Shown here one piece after another: positions 9,301 through 20,641 of a DNA stretch of 22,715 bases. Under the pieces are notes generated by a model. The model did no database searches, was not told where the DNA came from, and saw only the letters and a program-made list of their open reading frames with translations. The stretch's first letter is position 1. Each line of letters begins with the position of its first letter. The position numbers and the translations under genes are program-made. The stretch spans positions 1 through 22,715 of the forward strand of contig NW_021836719.1 in NCBI RefSeq assembly GCF_006345805.1, written 5' to 3'. This stretch comes from Octopus sinensis (Eukaryota).

Positions 9301-11033
9301 GGGCCCTGACTTACTAATTACATGTTGGGCTGTAGTTCTTTAATACAAGCTGAGTACAGTGTTGTATGAATATTGCCACAAGATCACAAAAGGTAATATC
9401 CAGATCACATATGAGCAAAAAAAAAAACAACAACAAAAAGAAACAAGATACAAGGAAGATATGTTAGAGATATGGGGAAGGAGATAAGAGAGAGAAAATG
9501 ATGAAGAAAGAGAGAGATAGAGAGTTACATAAGTTGAAATAAGAGTGCCATAATGTGCCTGTGGTATGGTTGTGTAGGTGTTTATGTGTAACTGTGTATG
9601 TGATAATATGGCTGTGTTGTTACAGACCTTTTATGAGTTCTGATGAGGAGTTGTGACACATTCTGAGATAGTTTGGCACTATGTTGGCTACTTGTTCACT
9701 TTCATGGACATTTGGGGAGATCATACTTTGGAAATACTTACCCCCCCCCCCCCCCCGAACTTGCTGGCCTCGTGCCAAAATTTGAAATCAATATCTATGG
9801 TGGGCTGTCTGGGAAGTACTTTTGGTGTTGAGAAAACTAGATTTTTTTATCTCTCTCTCTCTGATGGTTATTAAGCAGCTACTTTCTTCTGTAGCTAAGA
9901 AGTATGGCAAAAGAATGACCCTGGTGACCAGAGTCAATGATAGATGAGAAAACAGCTATTCTGTGGAAGCCGTCAGTGTGTTTAGTCTATTGTGTCCGTA
10001 ATGAAGAGTTATTCTTCAGATATATCTCTTAACAGCACCATCAGTTGGAATGGTTTTAAACTTAAAATCCTTCATACTGCATTAGCAATAACTGATCTTT
10101 ATTCCCTGCCACTTCAAAATTGGTTTGTCTGTGCTGCTCAGTTCTTTGAAATACTTAACTCTTACAGAATTAGGTAGTCATCATTCTCGGGTAAAACTGG
10201 CAGAGTGAGCTGAAGAGGGAATCTCTTTGTTGTCATTCAGCATGCTAAAAATAGCAGCGTAAGCTCCCTCACTATTAGAGATTGAGAGAGGAAGAACATG
10301 TAGAATAATGTAATGTAAGACAGGATGGTCACAGCTGGAATACTCATGACCATAGATCGAACATGTTACCAAGGGACGTAACTATTAAGACGTCTACGTG
10401 GTTGCATTGTCTGCAAGAAATAGTTGTATCTCTTCAATTTACATGAAGAATATCTACTCAAAATACACATTTAATGTAATGTCTTGGTGATCTAAATACA
10501 AGAAGATTCCTGAAGAATTATATCAGGGATGTATTTGTTAATAGAATTGACCAGAAAGTTTCGTGAACAAGAATTTAGGGCATTTATAGTCCAACTGACT
10601 CAGGAACTCGTGACAAGCTACAATAATTTTAAGACACATGAATTCTGATTGGCTGGTTGTCAGATTTTAATGGACAAAGCTAAATTGAATATCAATTATT
10701 GAAAACGCGTTACGAATGTATCTTGTGCCAAAGAATTTGGGAAATACAAATATATTTTACAAATTAAAATAAAATAAAAAACTAAAATCATCATAAAAGG
10801 AACTTTATAATTTCAAGCAATTTAGTTGTAAATATTTCTTCAAATATTAAATCATGTAAGGGAGATAATTCATATGGGAATATTTATTTTGGGTCAAAAT
10901 GATATCCTGTTTGGTATAGTATGGGATGGAACCTTTATTAAACCTGTGGCTTATTTAAATATTTCTGAGCTAAAATATAACAGTCTATAAGAACTCATAG
11001 AATTGACAGGAAATTTTGATATAACAGTTGCAT

Positions 11034-11160
11034 AGGTGCAGGCATGGCTGTCTGGTAAGAGGTTCGCTACCCAACAACATGGTCTTGGGTTTGGTTCAGT
11101 TGTGTGGCACCATGGGCTAAGCAAAGCCTTGTGAGTTGATTAGGTAGATGGAAACTGAAA
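11034..11160 (+). mobile_element. Partial SINE family A (5' part, internal deletion)
   Basis: ggtgcaggcatggctgtctggtaag...aaagccttgtgagt...ggtagatggaaactgaaa. Confidence 0.75.
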
Positions 11161-11282
11161 AAAAAAAAAAAAGAAAAATTCTAACCACTTTACAGAGTGT
11201 ACTGGGTGCATGTTATGTGGCACCAGCAATCAGCAGGTAACTTGATGATGAAGACCTCTCAGGTAAGAGGGATTGGAACTGA

Positions 11283-11514
11283 GGTGGCTAGCTGGCAGAA
11301 ACGTTAGCACGCCGGGCGAAATGCTTAGCAGTATTTCGTCTGCGTTACGTTGTGAGTGCAAATTCCGCCGAGGTCGACTTTGCCTTTCATCCTTTCGGGG
11401 TCGATAAATTAAGTACCAGTTACGCACTGGGGTCGATGTAATCGACTTAATACCTATGTCTGTCCTTGTTTGTCCGCTCTGTGTTTAGCCCCTGGTGGGT
11501 AATAAGGAAATAGG
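11283..11514 (+). mobile_element. Near full-length tRNA-derived SINE family B
   Basis: A-box-like tggcagaaacgttagc and B-box-like gagtgcaaattcc; body gcctttcatcctttcggggtcgataaattaagtaccagt. Homologous to 20410-20641. Confidence 0.9.
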
Positions 11515-12098
11515 TAAGTGGCTTTGTGCCAGGTTAGAGTATTATAAAAGGATAGATAAAGTATCTCACTGTAGGGGAGATACTTGGCTACCCCTGTAGG
11601 AAAAGAAAGGAGAGGAAAGTGAGATATAATTGTGTGTGTATATGCATCTATGTATATGTACTATGTGAGTGTGTGTGTGTGTGTGTGTTACTGCCTCCTG
11701 TATTTCAAATGTTATCTGTAAATGATTGTCACCATCATGTAAGCATGGAAAAGCGGATGTCAAACAATGCTGCTGCTGATAATGATACAAGACAGAAAAC
11801 TACAAATTTAACGTCTGCAGGAAGACATAAAAATCCCGTTATTATTTAAAATGTTAGTGCGACAAAAGACTGCATTGAGTATTTCTATGCGTATATAGAG
11901 CTATGTGTTTGGTAATAGACTAGTTTCTTTGTAAGCAGTGGTGCTCCTTCTGTCTTTTAAACATATTTGCAGAATGATGTGTCATGTTGCCGTTCTGGAT
12001 TCTTAAAGAATATGAATGTTTAAGAATATTTTGAAAGAGCTTTCATTAAGCTAGAATAAGATTTTGGGACAACGGTATCAGCAAAGAGACTTTAATTA

Positions 12099-12466
12099 TC
12101 ACCACATGGTTCTGGGTTCAATCCCACTTGCGTGGCATCTTGGGCAAGTGTCTTCTGCTATAGCCCCGGGCCGACCAATGCCTTGTGAGTGGATTTGGTA
12201 GACGGAAACTGAAAGAAGCCTGTTGTATATATGTATATATATATATATATGCGTGTGTGTGTATATGTTTGTGTGTCTGTGTTTGTCCCCCTAGCATTGC
12301 TTGACAACCGATGCTGGTGTGTGTTACGTCCCGTCACTTAGCGGTTCGGCAAAGAGACCGATAGAATAAGTACTGGCTTACAAAGAATAAGTCCCGGGGT
12401 CGATTTGCTCGACTAAAGGTGGTGCTCCAGCATGGCCGCAGTCAAATGACTGAAACAAGTAAAGAG
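12099..12466 (+). mobile_element. SINE family A lacking the first ~35 nt
   Basis: Aligns with 13503-13848. Confidence 0.9.
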
Positions 12467-12467
12467 T

Positions 12468-12660
12468 ATCATCATCATCATCATCTAGCATGTTTTCCAT
12501 ACTGGCATGCATTGGACAGTTTAACAAGAGCCAACGAGCCAGAGGGCTGCACTGAGCTCCAAAGTCTGCTTTGACGTGGTCATGGGTTCTATGGCTGGAT
12601 GCCCTTTCTAATACCAACTGCTTTACAGAATCAACAGGGTGCTTTTTTTTTTTGTGGCAG
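12468..12660 (-). mobile_element. Diverged RTE-type 3' tail / SINE fragment
   Basis: (atc)n...ttttccatactggcatg...ggctggatgccctttctaataccaac...gggtgcttttt parallels 1161-1335. Confidence 0.75.
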
Positions 12661-12677
12661 CCATATTGGTGAGGTCA

Positions 12678-12945
12678 CCACCTATCCTACAATGTCATTT
12701 TAAAAATATGCAACCGTTTTGACTGGGGTCTGGGAAGTCTGATGCAGCCTCTTGGCTTCCCAGACCCCAGTCGAACCGTCCAACCCATGCCTGCATGGAA
12801 AACGGACGTTAAGCGATGATGATGATGATGATGATGATGTTTCATCAAAAGCTTCAAGCTATGAGATAATGCTAGATTAATTCCAAACAATGTGAATAAA
12901 TAATTATTACGTTTGACAGAGTAATTTGAATGTTAAATCATTAAG
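12678..12945 (+). mobile_element. Family E MITE-like copy interrupted by an RTE tail fragment (~12714-12839)
   Basis: cacctatcctacaatgtcattttaaaaata and aagctatgagataatg...acagagtaatttgaatgttaaa match the 18716-19336 units. The insert ends in (gat)n. Confidence 0.8.
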
Positions 12946-13104
12946 CTGTAACATGGTTTATTAGAGATGTGATTCTTCCATTAATCAAGTTCAGCCATCC
13001 TTGTTATAAAGTTCAGCTGTTTGCAAGACATGAACAAAATTTACCCTATGTTTACATTTGTATTTGTCTGTATTTATGTCCTGCAATTTAGATTCATAAA
13101 AGAA

Positions 13105-13215
13105 ATAACAGAATTGAAACACTAAGTACTAAGATTGATATGATTGACTAAAAACCTTCAAAGAGGTGCCCCAGCATGGCCACAGTCCAATGACTGAAAC
13201 CAGTAAAATAAAAGA
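13105..13215 (+). mobile_element. SINE family A 3' tail fragment
   Basis: gactaaaaaccttcaaagaggtgccccagcatggccacagtccaatgactgaaaccagtaaaa. Confidence 0.75.
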
Positions 13216-13463
13216 ATACCTTTTAATTGTTACATACACATTTTGTGTGTTTGCAAAAATATTTGCTCATGAAAGCAGTTTTATTTAAACTGTTAAATTC
13301 TTTTTAGTTTTAGTTTATACACCAAAGGTGTTGAGTGTTTTCAGTATAGCAATGAACTACAGAAGCATTTATGAAAAAACAAATATGTGAATTTGCATTT
13401 CAGTAACATAAAATTAGACTGCCAAAAATAAAACTGAAAAGGAAAAAAAAAAAAAATTTTAAT

Positions 13464-13848
13464 AGGCATAGGAGTGGCTGTGTGGTAAGTAGCTTGCTTA
13501 CCAACCACATGGTTCCAGGTTCAGTCCTACTGCATGGCACTTTGGGCAAGTGTCTTCTACTATCGCCTCAGGCTGACCAAAGCTTTGTGAGTGGATTTGG
13601 TAGACAGAAACTGAAAGAAGCCCGTCGTATATATGTATATGTGTGTGTATATGTCTGTGTTTGTCACCCCACTATCGCTTGACAACTGATGCTGGTGTGT
13701 TTATGTTCCCGTAACTTAGCGGTTCGGCAAAAGTGACTGATAGAATAAGAACTAGGCTTACAAAGAATAAGTCCTGGGGTTGATTTGCTCAACTAAAGGC
13801 AGTGCTCCAGCATGGCCACAGTCAAATGACTGAAACAAGTAAAAGAGA
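13464..13848 (+). mobile_element. Full-length SINE family A
   Basis: Complete tRNA-like head, internal (TA/TG)n, and conserved tail ending gaaacaagtaaaagag. Confidence 0.92.
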
Positions 13849-14089
13849 TATTTAGTTATCAAAATATGGAGGGAAATATGTAAAAAAGCTAACCAATAAA
13901 AACAAATCCTAACTAACAAAGTTAGTTTATCATAATATTTTTATGACAAGCAGTATATATCCAGCTATTAAAGCTGCTATTTACAGCTGGTAGAAGTCTT
14001 GTGGATTCCCCTCATGGTTATTAGCCATTGAAAATGTGGCTAATATGTTATCAAGGTTATACAAGTTAGTTCCCTGTCAGGTGATAGTT

Positions 14090-15730
14090 TGTAATGCTTG
14101 CCCAAAGCCTTGAGTTCACAAATTTCTCTAACATACAGTAATTCACAGTAGTATGTTGTGTCGGAAACTGAGATGAGTCACATGCTAGTTTTCTTCAGTT
14201 CAGGATATTTTATTCCTGGAACTTGTTTGTAGAGCTCAATTGTAGACTGGGATTTGTGGATCCCTTTTAGATCCTTTTGTAATTCCCTTAGTTCCATTTC
14301 CACTACTGATGATTCCATAACTAGAGATTAGAGAATTGGCCAACTACCATTGACCACATCTGCCATGAATTAATTTCATAAGAGATGAAGCAAGGCTTTG
14401 TCTTCTCTAAGTCCTCAAACCTGGTTTGAAAATTAACAAACAGTTCCTGTAATTTCTGTTTGTATTCATCCAGTTTGTTGTCTTTTATATCAGTAATCAG
14501 GTAACGTATTTACTCTCTTTCTCTGATTGGAAAATTGACTGAAATTTTAGACAATGTCTCTCTGAAAAGCTTTTATTTTACTCAGAAGATTGAAAGCTAT
14601 CTGAGTAAGATCAGAAATAATCTTGTCCTTCTCTTTGAGTGCCAAGTTGAAAGTTTGCAGGTGATTCATTTTATCAGTAAAGAACATCAACAGCTATTCA
14701 TCATTTTCCAGTTGAGGATAGGAATTTTTCTTTAAGAAAAGTAAGAAAAGGCTCCAACAGATCAACAAACTTGCTCAAGGCACTGCTGGTTGATAGCCAC
14801 CACACAATGCAATAAAAAGACACATAATTTGCTTTATCTTCGAGCTTTAGTTCTTCAATAAAATTTCTGAACTGTTAGTGGAGCTACCCCTTTTAAGCAT
14901 ATGAAATTCACAATTTCAAGGGCAGGATTCATAACATCTTCATACTGGAAAACTGGGACCACTTTTCTGTAAGTCCAATTAATCCTGCATTTGGTTTTGG
15001 AGGAGTTCCATCTGTTGCAACAGGTTTATTCAGTGGAACACCAACATTTGTTTAAGCTCTGAGTTCATCTTTTATGTTAATACCGCAAGTTGTTCCATTT
15101 AATTCTGCCAAATGCAAGATCCCTTCTTTCACAATTGCTTCAAAGAAATGTAACAGGTTCTGTTGATTGCTGCTGTCTTGTATATCTGTTGATTTGTCAA
15201 TCACTAAACTGAATGCAAAGGAATTTTTTTAATCATTTTCCATTTTGATTGCAACATTAGTACTGATCTGAGAGACACGACTCTCTGTAGAGTGACACAA
15301 AACCAGTATTTGTGCTATCAATCATTGAAATTTTGTGTTGTTTGCATCTACCACTGCAATAACATCAGCTATATCTTTCTTAACAAATTCACAATCAGAA
15401 TATGCGCATTTAACACAAGCAATATTCCATGATATCAAAAAAAAACTAGCTCCAGTCATGTATTGGATTCCTTGCTGAATGTTGTCAGTGGTGTCTGCTG
15501 GCTATTTAGTGATGTTTTTAACACAACCTGTTTTACCTTAGTTCTGATTTAGGTGGTTAATCATGCAAAAAGCTTTTTGTGATTTGGTTCACAGTGGTGT
15601 TTCAAGTTTTGCTTTTTGTAATGACTCAGAGAGAATTGGCAGATAAGGCATAAAGGTTTGCCTTCCTCAATGGTGAATGCAAAATTCCCCTCTCACTCTG
15701 TTTTCATCTTCATATTTTTGTTTCTTTCAA
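14090..15730 (-). pseudogene. Decayed hAT-superfamily transposase (GTF2IRD2/SPIN/Charlie-like)
   Basis: Minus-strand motifs in the expected order: BED-like GKPLCLICQ..SHYK..NLKHH (~15580-15665); FSLVIDKSTD (~15184-15216, cf. SLALDESTD); VATDGTP (~15002-15022); VMNPALEIVNFI (~14900-14937); YCIVWWLS (~14790-14815, cf. VRWLS); TYYCE (~14142-14157, hATC dimerisation). Many stops and indels; TIRs not found. Confidence 0.85.
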
Positions 15731-16828
15731 TTTGTTACGTTCTACCTTCAAAGATTTTTCACCAATACTTGTAAACAAAACTTGTATCCAATGGCTACCA
15801 ACTTGTTATCTACCGTTGAATGGCTTATATTACATTGCATTAATATATGTGACAAGAGTGCAGTTGGGGTGAGGCTCGTAAAACCATCTGTGGCCACTCT
15901 CAATGCCCCTACCCCTTCCAAATATTTGACCCTAATATTTACAAACTCGATCTTCTGATATTCTGTAACCCTTGCTAATCTTGAATTTCTTACCTCACTC
16001 GGACCTAGCATTATTGTTTAGAATTGTTTCTGTTGCTCATTGCTGTATTGGAGGGGGAGAGGGGAGAAATTCATCACGTAGCAAAATAATATAAAATATT
16101 GAGTTAATAAATGGTATATCATTCTAAGCCTTACAATGCCTATAATGGGTTTAAGAGAAATGTACCAAGTAATGAAAGATAAGGAAGAGACATTAAATAG
16201 GTTTTTCCCATTTGTTGTCACTTTGAAGTATGTGTGAAACATGGTGGCGTGTTTCAAAAGAGTTGAAAATAACATTCCACATACAAATGACATGTCCTTA
16301 TATATTTTTTATGTGACTCCCTTGTTGCAAGTTGAGTGGGAAACTTGATGAGGAAGTCTGAGTACAGAACTAAAATAGAAGGGAAAAATTTATTACAAGT
16401 TTATATTTGGGTTTATTCTGGTAGAATTAAGAGCCATTCTCACAGTACTACATTGCTTGTATCATTTCTTAGCAAATGAATAATTATAAAGCCTCCACTA
16501 TTAATTAGTCTATTGAAGTCTTCTGAGCTATAAAAGTATTCATTACACAAATGTCGTTATTACTAACTATTCCTGTACAACTGTCACATATGATATCAAC
16601 CTTCTCAACCAGCTGCCTGTGACCCCTCTATATATATATTTTGCAGCTAAAGCCCTTTTTGTACACACCATGTAGAATTGATACCTGCTCCTTTATTTAA
16701 TGCAAATGAACTCTCCATGATGGCAGCAATATCTTGTCCTCTTTTCTGATAACTAAAACTTTAGTGTTTGCTAGATTTTACTTTAAGACCTCTCATAATC
16801 TAAGGGTTGTTTGGAATTTCTTGTCTAA

Positions 16829-16988
16829 GGTGCAGGCATGGCTATGTGGTAAGAAGCTTGCTTCCCAATCACATGGTTCCAGGTTCAGTCCCACAGTATG
16901 GCATTTTGGGCTAGTGTTTTCTACTATAGCCTCAGGCTGGAAAAGCCTTGTGAGTGAATTTGGTAGATGGAAACTGAAAGAAGCCCAT

Positions 16989-17021
<33 letters not shown>

Positions 17022-17200
17022 ATCTCCCATCACTGCTTAACAACTGGTGTTGCTGTGTTTACATCCCCATAACTTAGCAGTTTGGCAAAATAGGCTGATA
17101 GAATAAGTACTAAACTTAAAAAATAAGTCCTTGACTTGTTTGACTAAAACCCTTCAAGGCAGTGCTCCAGCATGGCTGCAGTCAGATGACTGAAGTAAAA
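16829..17200 (+). mobile_element. Diverged full-length SINE family A
   Basis: Head ggtgcaggcatggctatgtggtaag, internal (TG)n, tail cagcatggctgcagtcagatgactgaa. Confidence 0.88.
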
Positions 17201-17229
17201 AAACAAAAGAACCAAATATAACTGAATCT

Positions 17230-18215
17230 GTCAGCTGGATTGAAACTTCTCTGTTAAAGCCTAGAGAACTGCAGTTAACAAGCAATAGCTGAAAACTAGG
17301 TTTTGATGAACTCCTACATACATACTAAATTCTTCTTTGAATTCGCTGCCAACTCTTACCTTACCAGCAGCATTTCTGTACATAGTTTGCACAACTCCCA
17401 TATGCCATTCATCTACACTTAGCTTTCTCAGTGTTGACCTCTCAAAGGCCTTCTTTAACAGATTTTTATATATAGGCACAGGAATGGCTGTGTGGTAAGT
17501 AGCTTGCTTACCAACCACATGGTTCCGGGTTCATTCCCATTGCATGGCACCTTGGGCAAGTGTCTTCTACTATGGCCTCAGGCTGACCAAAGTCTTGTGA
17601 GTGGATTTGGTAGCCGGAAACTGAAAGAAGCCCGTCGTATATATGTATATATATATATATGTATGTATGTGTGTGTATATGTTTGTTTTGTACCCCACAA
17701 CATCGCTTGACAATTGATGCTGGTGTGTTTATGTCCCCATAACTTAGTGGTTCGGCAAAAGAGACCGATAGAATAAGTACTAGGCTTACAAAGAATAAGT
17801 CCTGGGGTTGATTTGCTTGACTAAAGGCGGTCTGAAACAAGTAAAGAGTAAAAGAGTATAATGATTCACTCTAAGCTAGGAACTTCTACTGCTGTGACAC
17901 TAGAAAAATGGCATCAGTGGTACCTTGCTTTGATGTCCAAGACAATAATCCTTTTCCTACTCAGTTGTGCTATAATTCTGTTACTTCAATATCTTGATCC
18001 ATCAGTCTGGTGCATCTCCTTCATTCCTGTAGTTGAGTTTTGGTTATGACCCACTCCCCACCACCACTGCTACATATGACCAGCTCTGTATATACTTTCC
18101 TAGATATTTTCAGCATCTTTGTTTCCAATGGATGGTTGCTGTCTTTGTGTCCTTAATCATGCTTTTTCACTGCACAGCTGCCAACTTCAGTTGCCACTCC
18201 CTCTGTTGGGTCTAG
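17230..18215 (-). mobile_element. Older RTE RT relic, split by a family A SINE
   Basis: Minus strand gives DPTEG, MLKIS, LMDQ..VTE..IAQL, GTTDAIFLV, then past the SINE KAFE..LRKLSVDEW..VQTMYRNAAGKVRVG..GVHQ. Collinear with 6833-7475. Confidence 0.85.
17475..17856 (+). mobile_element. SINE family A nested in the RTE relic
   Basis: Aligns with 13464-13848, with a small deletion near the 3' end. Confidence 0.92.
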
Positions 18216-18220
18216 TTGAG

Positions 18221-18408
18221 GTCAAACTGTTCAACTCATGCCAGTATGGACAACAGACATTAAATGATGATGATGATGATGATGATGATGATTACCTTAC
18301 TTGGAAACAAGTAAGGGTTGGTGACAGGAAGAGCATCCAGCCATAGAAACAAAGCTTGTCTGTTCTATGCAAGCATCGGAAAAGTGGATGTTAAATGATG
18401 ACAATGAT
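18221..18408 (+). mobile_element. Two adjacent RTE-type/SINE 3' tails
   Basis: caactcatgccagtatgga..attaaat(gat)n, then ggttggtgacaggaagagcatccagcc...gttaaatgatg. Confidence 0.7.
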
Positions 18409-18429
18409 TTCACCATGCTTACACATACG

Positions 18430-19800
18430 GGCAGATCTTCCCCATCACTGTATGTCACCAATCATCAAGGATTCCTCTTGTCTCCCCTTTGAGGCTTAAC
18501 ACCCCGATATCATTCTTCATCATTTCATCCCATACCTCTCTGGGTCCCTCTTTTCCTAGGGTTCCAACGATTTTTGGGACACCCTACATATCTTTTCCCA
18601 GCTGACAGCCTCCACTCATATCACATGCTCATATTAACATAGCCTTCTCTCTTGCACTACACCTGATTCCCCTTAGGCCTAGGTTTTTTCCTTCAGCTCA
18701 TTCATACTCTGTCATTTAAACTGGTCATATCCAGCTCAAGTATTCTGTTTTATATTGAAGCTAGCCAGATCCAGCCTCTCACACCTATCCTACAATGTCA
18801 TTCTAAAAATAGACAATCCCATCATTGAAATCTCAAATCTATGAAATAATGTTTCACTAATTCAAAACAATGTGAATAAATAAGTATTACATTTGAGAGC
18901 AGAGTAATCTGAATGCTAAAGTGTTAAGTCAGCCATATCTTGCCTAAATATTCTAACTGTTTAATGTTCAAACTGGCCAGATCCAGCACCTCACACCTAC
19001 CCCACAATGTCATTCTAAAAAATAAACAATGACATCATTGAAATTTTGAAGCTTTGAGATAATACTTGATTAATTGAATATATGATTAATTGAAAACAAC
19101 GATAATACATGATTAATTCAAAGCAGTGTAAATAAATAATAAGTATTATGTTCAATACAGTAATCCGAATGCTAAAGAGTTAAACCAGCTAAATCCAGCT
19201 CAAATATTCTGCCCTTTTTATGATAAAACTGGCCAGATGTAGCTTCTCACACTTACCCTACAATGCCATTCTAAAACTAAACAATCAATAAATAAGCATT
19301 ACATTTGACATAGTAATCTAACTGCTATAAGGTTAAGCACACTAACATTACACACCCAGTGAAGCATTCTGGTTTCATTGTTTCTGATTTTCACAAGTCC
19401 CGTACATTCAGTGCCTACATTTCACTTCCATGCAACACCACATCACATCGCATACACAAGTATTATACAGTCTCCTCTTCAAGAGATCCCTTTGTTACTA
19501 GCAGTTAATAGCTCCTGAAATTTCCTCCACCCTGTTCTTCTTCTGACTCCTATACTGAACATCCACTACTAGTGAAGGCAGTTAGGATACCAGAAGCTAT
19601 CAGCAACATCTAGGGAACCAGTTCCTATTGCTTACTATTTCTGTACACCTTTTCTTGTTTGCTTGCCTTTGATTCTGCTAGACATCTTGTGTTTCCATAG
19701 TTTATACTGGGTAGACTAAACAGAATTTCTACCTACTTCTTTTCTGCATATTGAGCAAGGCCATTTCTCTAATAGTAGCAGGATCCTGTCTTTTATATGA
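18430..19800 (-). mobile_element. Older RTE relic (PHD-like region to C-terminus), interrupted by the family E array
   Basis: Minus strand: KWPCSICRKEVGRNS (~19723-19767), LDVADSFWY (~19588-19615), NETRMLHWVCNVSV (~19338-19380), RCSVQERRLC (~18636-18665). Collinear with 7720-8400. Confidence 0.8.
18716..19336 (+). repeat. Three head-to-tail family E MITE-like units joined at TTAA
   Basis: Units ~18716-18927, ~18924-19183 and ~19180-19336 each contain gccagat..agc.tctcacac.ta.cc.acaatg.cattctaaaa and end in tgcta.a..gttaa. Confidence 0.85.
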
Positions 19801-19988
19801 TAAGAGCTTGTATGTATAGGTGGAAGTTGCATGTGTAAGGACTCATGAAATAGAAAAAGGTTAGGCATTCTGCTGAATCAGTAATTAAAATATGAAGATG
19901 ATCTCATAAGGATTTATAAACTTTTGAGAGGACATGCAATAAATTTTCTTTTGGAATTAGATCTCAAAGTACATTTAAAGCCATAAAT

Positions 19989-20336
19989 CAGGGGTTGGCA
20001 AAGTGGTCAATACTAACCCCTAGGCAGTCTCTGGCTCTCCAAGGGTTTGTCATTCCAACTATATCAATATAATATGATCAAACTTCTATTGCTCTTTTTC
20101 AGTTTCATTAAATATTTTCATTAGATTTTTAATGACACAAAAGAACAAAGGAATAATTGTTTTTAAATCAAGATACTTTTCATTAATTATACTTTTGATT
20201 TTTATTTTAAAATTTACGTGCTTGGGTTGGGGGCAGTTACTTACCAATGATTTTATGAAAGGGTCTAGCTTGTAAATATTGGCTTGAAAAACCCTTATTT
20301 CAACTTTTTATATCCAAAAGGGTTTTGCAACCATTA
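19989..20336. mobile_element. Possible old hAT-type MITE
   Basis: Starts with caggggttggcaaa, a hAT-like TIR. Only a poor partner (tttgcaaccatta) is seen at ~20324. Confidence 0.25.
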
Positions 20337-20409
20337 CTTGTAGCTTTATGTGTGTGCTTCAAGATCCATTTCCCAAAAAAAAAAAAAAAATTGTAGGCAA
20401 TTGTTACCA

Positions 20410-20641
20410 TTTCTTATTTCTTTATTACCCACAAGGGGCTAAACATGGAGAGGACAAACAAGGACAGACAAAGGGATTAAGTCGATTACATCGACCCCAA
20501 TGCGTAACTGGTACTTTATCGACCCTGAAAGCATGAAAGGCAAAGTTGACCATGGCAGAATTTGAACTCAGAACGTAGCGGCAGATGAAATACCGCCAAG
20601 CATTTCGCCCGGCGTGCTAACATTTCTGCCAGCTCGCCACC
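20410..20641 (-). mobile_element. Full-length SINE family B with target-site duplication
   Basis: Reverse complement aligns with 11283-11514. Flanked by attgttaccatttc (20400-20413) and attgttgctatttc (20642-20655), 12/14 identical. Confidence 0.9.

Noticed and set aside
9560-10700. Possible very old LINE/SINE remnants
   Set aside because: The composition suggests decayed repeats, but I could not read diagnostic motifs with confidence.
11512-11519. Recursive splice site AG|GTAAGT
   Set aside because: There is no polypyrimidine tract immediately upstream of this AG; it is treated only as a possible cryptic donor.
15677-16293. Short ORFs 15677-15958, 15748-16011 and 16018-16293
   Set aside because: No recognisable motifs or splice support; lengths are compatible with chance.
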